Program-made: the position numbers and the translations under genes
Shown here: one piece after another, positions 1 through 34,500 of the stretch
How positions within the stretch are numbered: the first letter of the stretch is position 1
Layout: the number at the start of each line of letters is the position of its first letter
NCBI GenBank assembly: GCA_002269645.1
Contig: NIVC01003937.1
Span: forward strand, 1 to 44,312
Origin: Macrostomum lignano
Taxonomy: Eukaryota
Direction: 5' to 3'
Length of the DNA: 44,312 nt
The notes under the pieces: generated by a model
Told to the model about the DNA's origin: nothing
What the model saw: only the letters and a program-made list of their open reading frames with translations
Databases searched by the model: none

Positions 1-895
1 GAGTCATAGTTTATGGAGTCATAGCACGGAGAGAGTCATAGTTTAAGGAGTCATAGCACGGAGAGAGTCATAGTTTATGGAGTCATAGCACGGAGAGAGT
101 CATAGTTTAAGGAGTCATAGCACGGAGAGAGTCATAGTTTATGGAGTCATAGCACGGAGAGAGTCATAGTTTATGGAGTCATAGCACGGAGAGAGTCATA
201 GTTTATGGAGTCATAGCACGGAGAGAGTCATAGTTTAAGGAGTCATAGCACGGAGAGAGTCATAGTTTATGGAGTCATAGCACGGAGAGAGTCATAGTTT
301 ATGGAGTCATAGCACGGAGAGAGTCATAGTTTAAGGAGTCATAGCACGGAGAGAGTCATAGTTTAAGGAGTCATAGCACGGAGAGAGTCATAGTTTATGG
401 AGTCATAGCACGGAGAGAGTCATAGTTTATGGAGTCATAGCACGGAGAGAGTCATGGTTTAAGGAGTCATAGCACGGAGAGAGTCATAGTTTAAGGAGTC
501 ATAGCACGGAGAGAGTCATAGTTTAAGGAGTCATGGCACGGAGAGAGTCATAGTTTATGGAGTCATAGCACGGAGAGAGTCATAGTTTAAGGAGTCATGG
601 CACGGAGAGAGTCATAGTTTATGGAGTCATAGCACGGAGAGAGTCATAGTTTAAGGAGTCATGGCACGGAGAGAGTCATAGTTTATGGAGTCATAGCACG
701 GAGAGAGTCATAGTTTAAGGAGTCATAGCACGGAGAGAGTCATAGTTTAAGGAGTCATGGCACGGAGAGAGTCATAGTTTATGGAGTCATAGCACGGAGA
801 GAGTCATAGTTTAAGGAGTCATAGCACGGAGAGAGTCATAGTTTATGGAGTCATAGCACGGAGAGAGTCATAGTTTAAGGAGTCATAGTTTAAGG
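1..895. repeat. 32-bp tandem minisatellite, ~28 units, running off the left edge of the window
   Basis: Unit GAGTCATAGTTTA(T/A)GGAGTCAT(A/G)GCACGGAGA repeats head-to-tail at 1, 33, 65, etc. Each unit is an internal duplication of GAGTCATAG. No spacers. Confidence 0.97.
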
Positions 896-1338
896 AAGTG
901 TCGAAAGTGCGAAAGATTTTCGGACACGCCTTGTAGATTTTATAATTCGCAGTGGATTACAAAGCGTCAAAACTTTTGGCTGAGTTATCCGGTCTCGAAA
1001 TTATTTTCAACATTTTTCAGGCTCTGCAGCTCAGGTGAGCACAGTGTACGGTGCGCACTCTGGGTGAGTGCTGGAACTGAGGACACTGCTCAGGCAAGCA
1101 CCCCCACAGTGCGGTGACTGCAGAACTGCAGTAATCTTATCGTTGCAAGCACAAATTTATCAGCCGAGGCGCCTGAGAACACGATAGCGAGTTTCAGTTT
1201 GGCAAAGGGCCCGGGGGGGGGTGCTTGGCCTTGAAGTTCTGACAAAAATATCAGCAAAAAACGGACAAATTATTTTTATTTTCAGCGAGTTCGGTCATAA
1301 AAAGTGTATTTGCGAGTGAAACGCTGGGTAATTGCTGA

Positions 1339-1351
1339 TGATAGTTATGTA
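1339..1351 (+). repeat. Target-site duplication, left copy (TGATAGTTATGTA)
   Basis: Identical 13-mer at 6159-6171; the bases on both sides differ between copies; it abuts the (ACTT)n tail of the LINE. Confidence 0.92.
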
Positions 1352-1440
1352 CTTACTTACTTACTACTGACGGGGGGCGCAGGCGCCGCGAATAGGCCGC
1401 GAGGCCCCTATCGCAACCCCAAGGTAAAAGAGCACAAGGA

Positions 1441-6229
<4,789 letters not shown>

Positions 6230-6484
6230 TCAGGTTATCTGAGTTAGAAAGAAAAACAAAATATTGACTCGGTTTTAAAGGCCAATTCTGAAAAACTGAC
6301 TCAATTCGGGTAGTTCATTGCTCACAGAAGAACTTCTTACCGGAGGGATAAGTTCTGACTAACAATCGTGCCTAGGCCTATGGGGTCCCCGGGTTCGATT
6401 CCCATCAACGTCACTCCACATCAGCTGATGGCAGTCCTGACACTCAGAGTTCGCGCTGACCAGCTCCACAGTCGTCGAAGGCCT

Positions 6485-8467
6485 TCAGCTGAGTGGCACC
6501 GCACTGACCCCGGGTTCGCCAGGCTGGCAGAAGTACACGGTGAATTCCTCGGCGTTGAAGGCGCAGCCGGCCTCGTTGTCGCAGTAGAGGCGGCGCCGGT
6601 CCAGCCAGGGGTGCCGGGCGGCGCTCAGCTCGGCAGTGCGCAGCTCCGGCTCCGCCCGGTGTCGTGCGGCTTCGCCGTGGCGAAGTGCGCAAACAGCGGC
6701 GGAGGGAGCGACGCCTCCGTTGGCGACGGTGGCGCAGTCAGGAGGTCCAGCGTGCGGAGGAGGGCGAAGCTCGGCGGCTGGTTGGCGAACACGGACACGC
6801 GGCCGAGCTGGCAGTCGGTGATGTACACGCAGCGCAGGCTGGTGCTCACCGCGCTGATTCGCGCGAGTCCCGGATGCTTGATGCAGCTGTTCAGCCTCTG
6901 CAGCTGCTGCTGCTGCTGCGGGTACAGCGGGCAGTTGAACACCTCGACAGTCGCCGTGCCGCCGTTAATGACAAACAGGCGCTCGTTGAGGTCGTCGTGG
7001 TGCAGCCCGCGCGGCAGGTTCAGGCCCGTCAGCTGCAGCCGGCAGGCGCCGCACAGGTCCGCCGCCAGCACACGGTTGTTCGGCCCGTCAGCCAAGAACA
7101 GCAGCTGAGCGCGCCGGCTAAAGTGCAGCGCCTCGAAGCGGCTGGCCGGCGCCCCGGCCGCGGCCGGGCAGGCGTCGAAGGACAGGCGCATACCTGTGAG
7201 CAGCTGGCCGGCAGTGGACAGCACCAGCAGCTGCGAGCCGCCGCTCTCGGCCGGCGCCACTCCGTACAGCACCACGTCCGGCAGCGTCGACCAGCCAAAC
7301 CAGCCGCGCTGCCGCTTCACGCCGAACTTCGGCTTGTAGAAAAGCGCCTGCGAGGGCCGCACGATGGCCAGGTCCGCCAGCTTCGCGCCGCCGGTGTCCA
7401 GTCGCCTCGCCGCGGCGCCCTGAGTCTGCTGCGGCTGCGGCTGCGTGCCTGACTGCTCATCCTGCGGCTTCGGTTGCGGAGATTCGTCAGCCGTCGAGCC
7501 GAGCAGCTCGGAGTGAAGCTCGGCCAGCAGGTTGAGCAGGCAGGGAAACACCCGGCAGGCGCTGCTCCGCTGCTGGCGCCGGAATTCGCTCAGAATCGCC
7601 GAGACGTCGGCGCTGCGTCCGGCCAGCCGACCCTTCACCGCCAGCTGAAACTCTTCGCCGAACGCGCCGCCGCGGCAAGGAGCCGACTGGCTGCTCGGCG
7701 GGACGGAGTCGGACCCCAGGATGGACAGCAGCTCCTCCCAGTTGCTGACAAGCTCCGGGCGGGTGTCGCTGCACCGAACCTCCTCGGTGGCCTCCTCGCC
7801 CGCGGCGGAGCTCAGCGTCTTCAGCTGTTCCTCCAGCTGCGCCGTCCGCCGCCTGAGCTCGGCCGCCTCCTCGTGAAGCCGCAGTCGGTGACGCTCGAAG
7901 ATGGCATCCGCTTCGGCGAAGATGGCGTCAAAAATGGCCAACAGCTCCTCGTGGAGGCGGCGGTGCGCCAGCTGGTTCCGTTCGAGGGCCGCGGCGTCAG
8001 CCTCCACCAGCTGCGCCCTGCCGCGGAGCGTCTCGACCCGCTGGCCGGCCAGCTCGAGCTCCGCGCTCCATGCCGAGCTGCGCACTGAAAACTCGGCGAC
8101 GTCGTCGAGTCGGCGACCGCTGATGCCGCTGCGCGGCGGCGCGGAAACTTTCGCCAACTTGTGCGCCTGCGGAGGCGTTGAAGACTGCGGCTGGTGCGGC
8201 TGCTGCGGCTTCGAGGGCTGGCGCTTTCGGTAGCGGTGCTTGGCGCCCTCGCTGCGGCCTCCGCGGCTTTCGGGCAGCCAGCCCTCGTCGACGCTGAACT
8301 CCTGGACGAAGCTTCCTACAGGGCCGTGCACCGGGTCAAGGACGGATAGCATGATGCTGTGCTGCTTGTCTGTCTTGTGAGTTTCCAACTTTGGCTTGGA
8401 GCTGCTGCCAGGGTCTTGTGTGCTTTTTATACACCTTAGTTGTGTGAGGCCCTGCTGTGTACTCAGA
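6485..8467 (-). CDS. Coiled-coil + NHL/beta-propeller protein (TRIM-NHL-like C-terminal architecture); single long exon with a 1-nt frameshift at 6655-6657
   Basis: Open frame from a strong acceptor (CTAAT branch, long pyrimidine tract, CGCAG; exon starts 8467); first ATG at 8352. Heptad-rich segment followed by LFLADGPNNRV, GLNLPRGL, VYITDCQLGRVSVF. The ORF track stops at 6625, but a GC3-rich -1 frame continues to TGA at 6487-6485. Confidence 0.72.
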
Positions 8468-8539
8468 CTGCGTACAGAGAGAGACAGAGCGAGAGAGTAC
8501 GATTAGAGACGGCGCAGAGGTCTGGCAAAAACGAAATCA

Positions 8540-9531
8540 TTAAAAAACATTTCTTTGACAGCAACCAAGCCATGCCTTTGCTATGCATTTTTGTACTTGA
8601 GTAAATACAGCCAAGTAGAGAGTCACGCGCTGTGCCTGTATGAGCTCTGTAACAGGTAGGATTTTGCGTCCTGCCTGCACCTTCTGCTCACGTCGGATAA
8701 GAAAGAATTGAACTCGAAGCACGGAATTGCTGGGCCCAGGCTGCTTCGGTCTACAGCCCAGCCGAGGCAATGGCCATGCCTTTAGGCCCGCAGATGCGGC
8801 CGAGAGAAAAGTGAAGCCAGCGCCTACACTGTCTTTCTTTTTATTTAAAACACTGCAGAACTGGCGCTTGGGAACGAAAGTTCTTATAAGCTACATAGAA
8901 CAAAAGCAAATTACGCAGCAAGTTTTAGGTGCAGCCGTCCTTCGCAAATATGACTGAATTTTATGCAGCTCACAAGCTCTGGCTTGTGAGGCAGTGGTCA
9001 GATGCTTAATTGTCCGCAGGCAGAAGTCTGAGGCCAGAGCTTACGTCTCCCTCTCCACTCATTAGAACCTGACTACTTAGGTCATTGATGGAGGGTCGCT
9101 TTGTGGGATGCAGTTGATGCCAGCGGTTTAACCGGCGCTGCAACTCATCTATCGAAATTATATTGCAGCAGAGTAAACAGAAGGGGGAGGGAGCTACAGG
9201 TGGAAGCAGCTCACCTCACCTGCCAGAGCCGCTGAGCTGGTGGGTTGGGGTGGGTGTTTTGGAAAAAATTATCCTATTTTCAAGCTTATCAGCCGCTGTT
9301 CCGAGATGTTATTGGTTGCTAGGCAAAAATGAGAGAAAACACAGGGCGGCATGGGGTGGCCACTCCGTAAAAAATATTTTTTTAACTCTTAGTTAAATTT
9401 TTTAACTCACCTCACCAGCTGCTGTGCGCCTGTAGCAATACCTGAGCTTGCGATTCTGCAGAGCTAACAAGCTTATGAGCTGTCTCAACTTGGTGAGTAT
9501 AAACTTCTGCTCTTTGCCTGCGAGTGTCACC
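8540..9531 (-). CDS. Putative hidden multi-exon coding unit, unknown product
   Basis: Segments 9531-9416, 9236-9220, 9148-9045, 8982-8915 and 8852-8540 have AG/GT ends and join into a 206-codon stop-free frame (total 618 nt). No family recognised and the start exon is unclear. Confidence 0.38.
9315..9327. promoter_or_regulatory. Possible RFX X-box (GTTGCTAGGCAAA)
   Basis: One mismatch to GTTGCTAGGCAAC, ~725 bp upstream of the polycystin ATG. Motif match only. Confidence 0.25.
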
Positions 9532-9535
9532 CTGG

Positions 9536-9960
9536 CTGAGTCCGCTCTCTGATGGCTGGTGTGCGATGCCACAGACAGTGACTGAGTCCGCTCTCTGATG
9601 GCTGGTGTGCGATGCCACAGACAGTGACTGAGTCCGCTCTCTGATGGCTGGTGTGCGATGCCACAGACAGTGACTGAGTCCGCTCTCTGATGGCTGGTGT
9701 GCGATGCCACAGACAGTGACTGAGTCCGCTCTCTGATGGCTGGTGTGCGATGCCACAGACCGTGACTGAGTCCTGCTCTCTGATGGCTGGTGTGCGATGC
9801 CACAGACAGTGACTGAGTCCGCTCTCTGATGGCTGGTGTGCGATGCCACAGACAGTGACTGAGTCCGCTCTCTGATGGCTGGTGTGCGATGCCACAGACC
9901 GTGACTGAGTCCTGCTCTCTGATGGCTGGTGTGCGATGCCACAGACCGTGACTGAGTCAC
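9536..9960. repeat. 46/47-bp tandem minisatellite, ~9 units
   Basis: Unit GTGACTGAGTCC(T)GCTCTCTGATGGCTGGTGTGCGATGCCACAGAC(A/C); period 46 checked at 9541/9587. Confidence 0.96.
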
Positions 9961-10050
9961 TGCTGTCTGGCTTCGTGCATTTATACGTAGTTCAGTCATT
10001 TTGCCCGTGTTTCGCATTTTGTGCAGTCCTCTTCACCTCTGGCGGCAGCA

Positions 10051-28135
<18,085 letters not shown>

Positions 28136-28248
28136 TGATTCAATTTTAAGCAAACTGCAAACTTCTTCGTGAAGATAAAACCCTAATTAAAAACAACAAT
28201 TTTTCTACGAGGATTGTTCCATAAGTACTTATACTTTTGCATGCTGAC

Positions 28249-28254
28249 AATAAA
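28249..28254 (+). terminator. Candidate polyadenylation signal of the PKD1-like gene
   Basis: First AATAAA I found after the stop codon (114 nt downstream). Motif only. Confidence 0.5.
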
Positions 28255-30515
28255 CTGTACATCCTATGATAACAAGTGGGTGACCTTTCGACATTTTAAA
28301 AAAAGAAAAACCGCTCTCCAGCAAGATCAAACTTGCTACCATAGTATGTTTAGTTCATTTTCAACATGAAAAATAATAAGTACTTGCGGAACATGCCTCA
28401 TAATTGCCTGCCCTCTTTTGTTTGTAGTCCATCGACGTTGTTCCTTCTATCTTGTGATTTTGGTTCCATTTTCTCGTGCCCGTCTGAAAAAATTATAACT
28501 ACGCCCTTTTTGTTATATTTAAATGGCTAAGCTCGTACTCTTTGGAACAGTAGCTACATGATGCAGCCTTGAGTAGATTTATAGAAAAAAAAATTAAACT
28601 CGCCTAAGTGTCAATCTAAATTAATTATAAAAGTGCACTCCTATCCACTTAGTGCCACATGTAAACTGCACTCGTAGTAATCTGCTTTTAAATTCTGGAT
28701 ATATAATTCTGCAGTTCTGCAGGTTTTATTTGTAGTGTTTGTGTACCAATAATAGCAAAGTCTAAACAGAAATAAAGAACATCTGCTTTCGTAATAGATG
28801 AAAAATATTTTTATAATATTTTTTTCAAACATCCATTTCGTTAAATAATTTAGAAATATAAACTGAATGTTCGTAATTATTCACAGCTATTTTCCGCTTA
28901 AAAAGCAGCGTTTGTTATGAAATTTGTCTTTTTACTTTTACTGCCTGCCGGTACAATCACAGTGTATAAGTTGTAAGGTTTTGAATGTCACTTATAATAT
29001 TTGGTGCGGACGGCACCCTGAATGATAGTCAGAGTCGCGCTGAATGTGAGCAAAAGTGCATCAAATGAAGCATTGCGCTCCTAAAAGGACAAAAGCGTTC
29101 ACGTAGGCGTCTCAATCATTATTACCAAAAAATTCTGGAATCGGAGATTGATGCATTGATGGAGGGAACAAAGCAGACGCTCAAATCGGTTTCTTTTGTG
29201 ATAATTTTATTGGTTTATATTGCAAATGCATAAAAATACAGCTTATGGGGTTTATTGCCACAAACAAACTAGTGGCAGTAGGGTCGCTGTGTACCAGCTT
29301 TGCAAATATTACTGTTGAGTTCAAGGTAAAGTAATCACAGGCCTCGAAAAACGTCTTACTTCAGTTGTTTTTGGCAATTAAAAAAGATAAAGTTGATAAA
29401 AGTTGCCTATTTACGCTGGCATTTTCTGATTACAAACCCTCCAAAGACAACTAAAAAACTAGCTACGATCGACGATCGTACTTTTTAAATCAAAATATTA
29501 ATGCACTCGCAAACCGCCAAGACCGCTAAAATAACTCGACTTCTTGAATATTTATTACGCTCGTACAAGCTATGATACGAAGTTATACGTTGTCATTTGT
29601 TGCTGTTTCCATAGTGACATTGAAAATTTTCCAATGCGTAAAGATGCTATGAATATTTGCGACAAACAATTATCTAAGAAAATAACTTTTTATCAGTTTT
29701 AAATGATATACCGACATTTTTACGGTTTAGCTTAAAAATAATTTGTTTAATTTTACAAAATAAGTTCACACAAGAATGGCGCAAATTTAACGTTTGAGGA
29801 GCACTCACTTTATATTGCATCTTGCACTCTCAGCTTCGTATAGATAAAATAGGCCACTTTCCAATACACGCATATGTAAGATCGTTCGTTTACTCTTTAA
29901 AAGGAAGACTAACTTTTGACAGTAGAAATATCTAGAATTATGAGAATAGTATCTTGTGTGTTTTACTCGTATAATTTAATAATGCATTTTTGCTGTTTTA
30001 TTTCTTTAGGATTTTTTAACGCTTTTTATCTAATGTTTTCAACAGGCAAAAAAGTTGAGGTTTAAAAATAAAATACTAGTTATAGGGCTCAAAATTATTT
30101 TTAAAAACGAAATGAAAAAACACAATCTTTGTCTCTTGTAGTTTACTAAAGAAAATGTCTTAACTATCTCCAAAATATTTTATATGGCTAAAGCTATAAA
30201 GACCATGATTATTTTAGCTCGCATGTAAAATTAGTTTGAACAATTTTCAATCATGGCTATTAATTCTTTGAACCAAGTCAATAATGAATTTCATATTTCT
30301 ATTTACATAAAAATTACATCGATGCAATTCCTAATGATAACAATACTGTCATATGTATGAAAATAATATGAATATTGTTTTATTTAGCTATTGTAAAGTA
30401 AATCAGAAATAATTCAGTTCTAATTCACGAGCTACTTTCGCTTTCATTAGCCATGCTCAGCTACGAAATCAATTCCTCGACAAAGTGAAAAAGTCCAAAT
30501 TTGCAACAGCCGACA

Positions 30516-31551
30516 ATGGCAGCCCAGAAAGAGCTGAGCGATCAACGCTCCGCCGAGTCCGTTCTGGTCAAAATTCACTTCCTAACCGACCAGGAGAAGG
30601 AAACCGTGGTCGAAGTGCTTCAGCGAAACGAGAAAATCCGGAAGCATGAAGCGGACAGGAAACGGTGAGTCGAGGTTGTTACGGTGATTGGTGCGCTGTT
30701 TGAAGACTTGAAACTCGATGCATGTAGGCTATGCTTGTTACAAAATTATGATTTCGTCTGCAGACGCCTGCAACAGGAGCTGGAGCGCTTGGAGTCCAGC
30801 TGCGCGGCTTCGCAGTCACCGTTGGCTGCCCTGACGCAGTCGTGTCCGCGCTGCGATGCCGCCCTCGCACTGCTGGTTCGGGGCGCCTGCGACTGCTTCC
30901 TCTGCCGGCTGTCCGTCTGCAAGTCCTGCGCGCACCTCTTCCGGGACAGTCAGCTGTGCCTGTGCTCCGTCTGTTACCAAAAGCTGTGAGTCTATTCACG
31001 GCGCTAGGGACGTCGGGCTACGAGGTTGGGAGTATTGGGCTGCTGATTCTAGGACAAGAAGTTCAGGGTGTTCTCTTCTGGAGAAATAGTTTCTTATATT
31101 GTAAACTGTTGCTACCTGCTCGTTTCATTTTCTTCGAAAGTTTTTAATGTACTTTAACGGATTTTCTAGATCCTTTTTACTTTATAATTAATTCCTTTGA
31201 CTTAGTCTCTCGGCTGACTCGGCACTGACGGCGTACGCATGGAGCATCTCGTCAAAGCTGTCAATGAGTGCCTACAGCTACTCAATTAAAAAGCAGAAGC
31301 TGAAGGCGCAAATTTCTTGGATTTGATAATCCATCACGTGGGATTTAATTATTGTAAAAACTGCTGGCTCGAAGCTATTCCACTTTTCTTCCCATTACCT
31401 CCGTGCTGCAGGCTTTACGAAAGCAAAATTGGGAACTGGATGAACTTGAAGAGCGTCATGATTGCGGCGGAGTCCTCGGTAGCAGCTGCTGCTGAAGACC
31501 GGACAGCGGACAGCGGCGACCTTCTGAGCGGCCTGATGGTTAAACTGTCCG
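30516..31551 (+). CDS. Slp exons 1-3: Rab-binding domain with intervening Zn finger
   Basis: GTGAGT donors at 30665 and 30986, GTACGA at 31552; eight Zn-ligand-type Cys in exon 2. Confidence 0.85.
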
Positions 31552-34500
31552 GTACGATTTTTTTATTTTTCATTTAAGACGCTCAAGTAAAAGGCCGCTG
31601 GTATTGAAGAGAAAGCAATACTAAAAAATGTGGAGCTGCTTTTGAATGCCAGTCGATCATCTCGCCTCATTGACCTTTAATAAGGAAATTGAGCTTCTTT
31701 TTCTTCTTTTATTTTCCAGGCACTTCGACCGGCGCAGACAAGGATGCGGCGGCAGGCGATGAGAGTTCGGTCTCCGTCGGCATGGCTGCCACCCCGCCAG
31801 CCCCCACCCCAGTTCGACAGTGGGAGCAGCCGGCGGCCACCTACCGGGTCTATCAGGTGTCGACTCGGCGCTTCGCTGACAGCCCACCGCCGCGACAGGT
31901 TGAAAAAGATGATGAAGAAGCGACTGGCGCTGCTGATGAGGCTGAGAGCGAAGCTGAGGAAGAGCAGGAGCTGTCCATCGAAGAGAGAATGCGGCGACAC
32001 TTAGAAGGCTCGCCCGGTGAGACTTCTTTTTTAGACAGCATTGACCATAGACTAGAACTCATCAAAACTTCTCTTTTATGCCAAAAACCAGCTACTCAGA
32101 TGCTACTCAAGAGCTATACCAAATATTTTACTCGTTTTTGAGTGTCTATTGTGCACCGAATCACAGTGATTAGCAAGTCAGCTGTTTCGAACCTATTTAC
32201 AGATATTGTGCAAAGACTCTGGGAGCACCAGGCCAAATGCGAGGCCAGTCTCACATCGTCAAACGATACTAAAAACGGTGAGTAATAATTGGTTCTTGAG
32301 CTGAAAGCGGTGTCTAACAAAAAGTTACACATAGATGCGATCTAATTATGTAACTTTATTAACAGCTTTTTAACAAACAAACTTTGAACTACTTAAACAA
32401 ACTCACTACGAGTACATTTTAACCATCGCTCTTTGCAATCGCTTTTGCTTTCAAGTTTGCATAATTATATAGAGCGTGCGCCTCACCTTGCGTGTTAAGA
32501 CGGGCTTTCCTGACACTGATCAGCAGGACTGATAAAGTTGTTGCTTAGTGAGCGCGCTTCGTTTAAACACGCGTTCCATCATCTTGATAAGGTACGTGTG
32601 GCTTGATCTCCAAAATTTTAAAAAGAGCTCCGTTGAACTACCAGTAACTAACTACCTGGAATTCCTATTGCGATCCATTCCAGAATCAGCTGCGGTTGAA
32701 GAGGAGACCATCGTGTGCGTCACAAGTGAGAGGGCTCACTCAGAGATGCCCAAGAGAAACGAGAATTATTCATCTGACGATGAGGTCGAGCTGGATCAGC
32801 AGGGTGGCGAGGTTATTCCAGCCGATGCGGACGATTTGACCCTTGTCGATGAACAGGCTGGACAGATTTCTCACCCGACTGACATGTCTGAAGCGACTGG
32901 TTCCCAGTTAGGAGAAGCTGGTGCGTTCTCTAGCGCTGATCAGAATCTCGAAACATCAGAATTAAGTTCCGAGTTGACTTTAACCACAAGCGCTGAGCAG
33001 AGGCCAACCGTACCAGTTTGTGGCTCGATTCAACTTACGAACAAAGACTTTGATTCCACTGAATTCTTTTCTGACCAAGCCGAGTCGACCGAACCGTTTG
33101 ACGCTGAAGCCGATAAAACATTTGCGGTGCGTGATCGTCAAAAGAATTTTGAGACATCAAGCGAAGAGCTGAATTTCACGGACGCTCCAGTCGAGGTCAC
33201 CGTCGTGGGTGAACATCGGAAGACACAGATCACTAGTGGAAACTCCGATTATCTCTCGGACATGCTTAGCCAAAGCAAAAATACTGAGGATATTATTGTT
33301 GGCCCTGCTGACAGAGAGTCACTCGCAGCAGGCAAAGATCAGAAAAAAACTACAGTTGAAACTTCACAAGAGACTATGGAAGGAGACTACGAGGTATCAT
33401 TTCAACGTGAGTCATCGGTGACTCTTGTTCAAGACTCAGACGATCGAGCAGAAACAACAGAACAAGTTTCACAAAATCTTGTTTCTTACGAGATCGAGCA
33501 GGTCTCTGGCTCGGAAGGTCAGCCAGCAGTGGAATTGCTCGTAGTTGACGAAAAGCAAAGTCTATATCCACTGACTTCAGCTCCTAATGTTGGTTCCACT
33601 CCAGGCACTGCTCACAGCATGTTTTTCGACTCTTTCAAAAAAGCAAATCCTCGGCAAGACGCCCAAGAGAACCAAACTTTGCTATGCTTGGAGGGTGGCC
33701 CATCAAAGCAGCTCCCTGACGCTGAGATTCATGACAAAGTCGAAGAAGTTCGTGTTAGTCAGGAGCCCGTAATTGAGTTCAATCCGTCAGACTCTGCTGA
33801 GAACCTTGCAACACTGGAGCAATCAGATAAGTTTGAAGTTAAAGCTAACCGAAGCGAGCCGACGGAGAAAATTTTAGTCTCAAGACAGCAGACAAAGTCC
33901 TCTAAAACATTAGATCCACAAGACAGACCGCAGCCAGAAGCTATTGATTTTGATATTAAATTAGGTCTCTTGAAACGTAGGCCAGCGGCTGTGGAGTCTC
34001 AAACGGAAGCAGAGCTGTGTGCCACCGAGCCCCCCGCTGAGGTAACAGTTGTGGATGCCAACCTGAGGACTCGAATTCCTGAAATCAGTTTCAGAGAAGC
34101 CAGTGGAAACTCCGATGAACTTTCCAATGTGCTTAACCAATGCGAGAACTCCGAGGAAGTCGTTCGAGGACCTTCTAATAAACAGAATCTCGCCAAAAAT
34201 AACAGAAATGGCGCTGGAGCAACTGATGCACTTGACAGCTCGCTGCAGGCCATACAAGGAGACTATGAGCGACCAGTTCATCGCTTTGCATCAGTTGCTC
34301 TTGCTGAAGACCAAGAGGAACGACCAGAGATACTCGACGAAATCTCACATCATCTTGTTCCATCCAGCGAAATCGAGCAGGTATCAGTTGCTGATTGGCG
34401 GCTAAAAATCGAAGATGGAGACCGCGATGACGAGTCGAGACTTGAACAACTGGCCTCGGCTCTGTCAGTAGACAACTTCGCAGACACGTCGGTACATGGA

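Noticed and set aside
1-895. CRISPR array interpretation of the 32-bp repeats (also the 35-bp and 46-bp arrays)
   Set aside because: Units are head-to-tail with no unique spacers, there are no cas genes, and the context is intron-containing eukaryotic DNA.
1010-1080. Plus-strand splice-like signals (TTTTTCAG|...CAG|GTGAGC) between the satellite and the LINE
   Set aside because: No partner exons or coherent frame could be built inside the window.
6380-6415. tRNA-like T-arm/B-box GGTCCCCGGGTTCGATTCCC
   Set aside because: Only 3 bp of T-stem, no matching acceptor stem and no properly spaced A-box; at most a SINE relic.
6368-8233. Long plus-strand ORFs antisense to the NHL gene, and similar shadow ORFs over the LINE, polycystin and Slp exons
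   Set aside because: Expected shadows of GC3-rich coding sequence; no motifs or independent splice signals.
8424-8431. TATAAAAA on the minus strand ~75 nt upstream of the NHL ATG
   Set aside because: It lies downstream of a strong splice acceptor within an open frame, so it is more likely exonic; it would matter only if CAGE shows a TSS near 8400.
29553-29586. loxP-like half site ATACGAAGTTAT
   Set aside because: The left arm matches only 8/13 with wrong spacing; consistent with chance in AT-rich intergenic DNA.
29605-29618. X-box-like GTTTCCATAGTGAC ~900 bp upstream of the Slp gene
   Set aside because: Imperfect match, distant from the start codon, no supporting context.
28200-30430. AT-rich intergenic region searched for MITE/TIR pairs and small ORFs (e.g. 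28641-28832)
   Set aside because: No convincing terminal inverted repeats, TSDs or coding signal found by eye.
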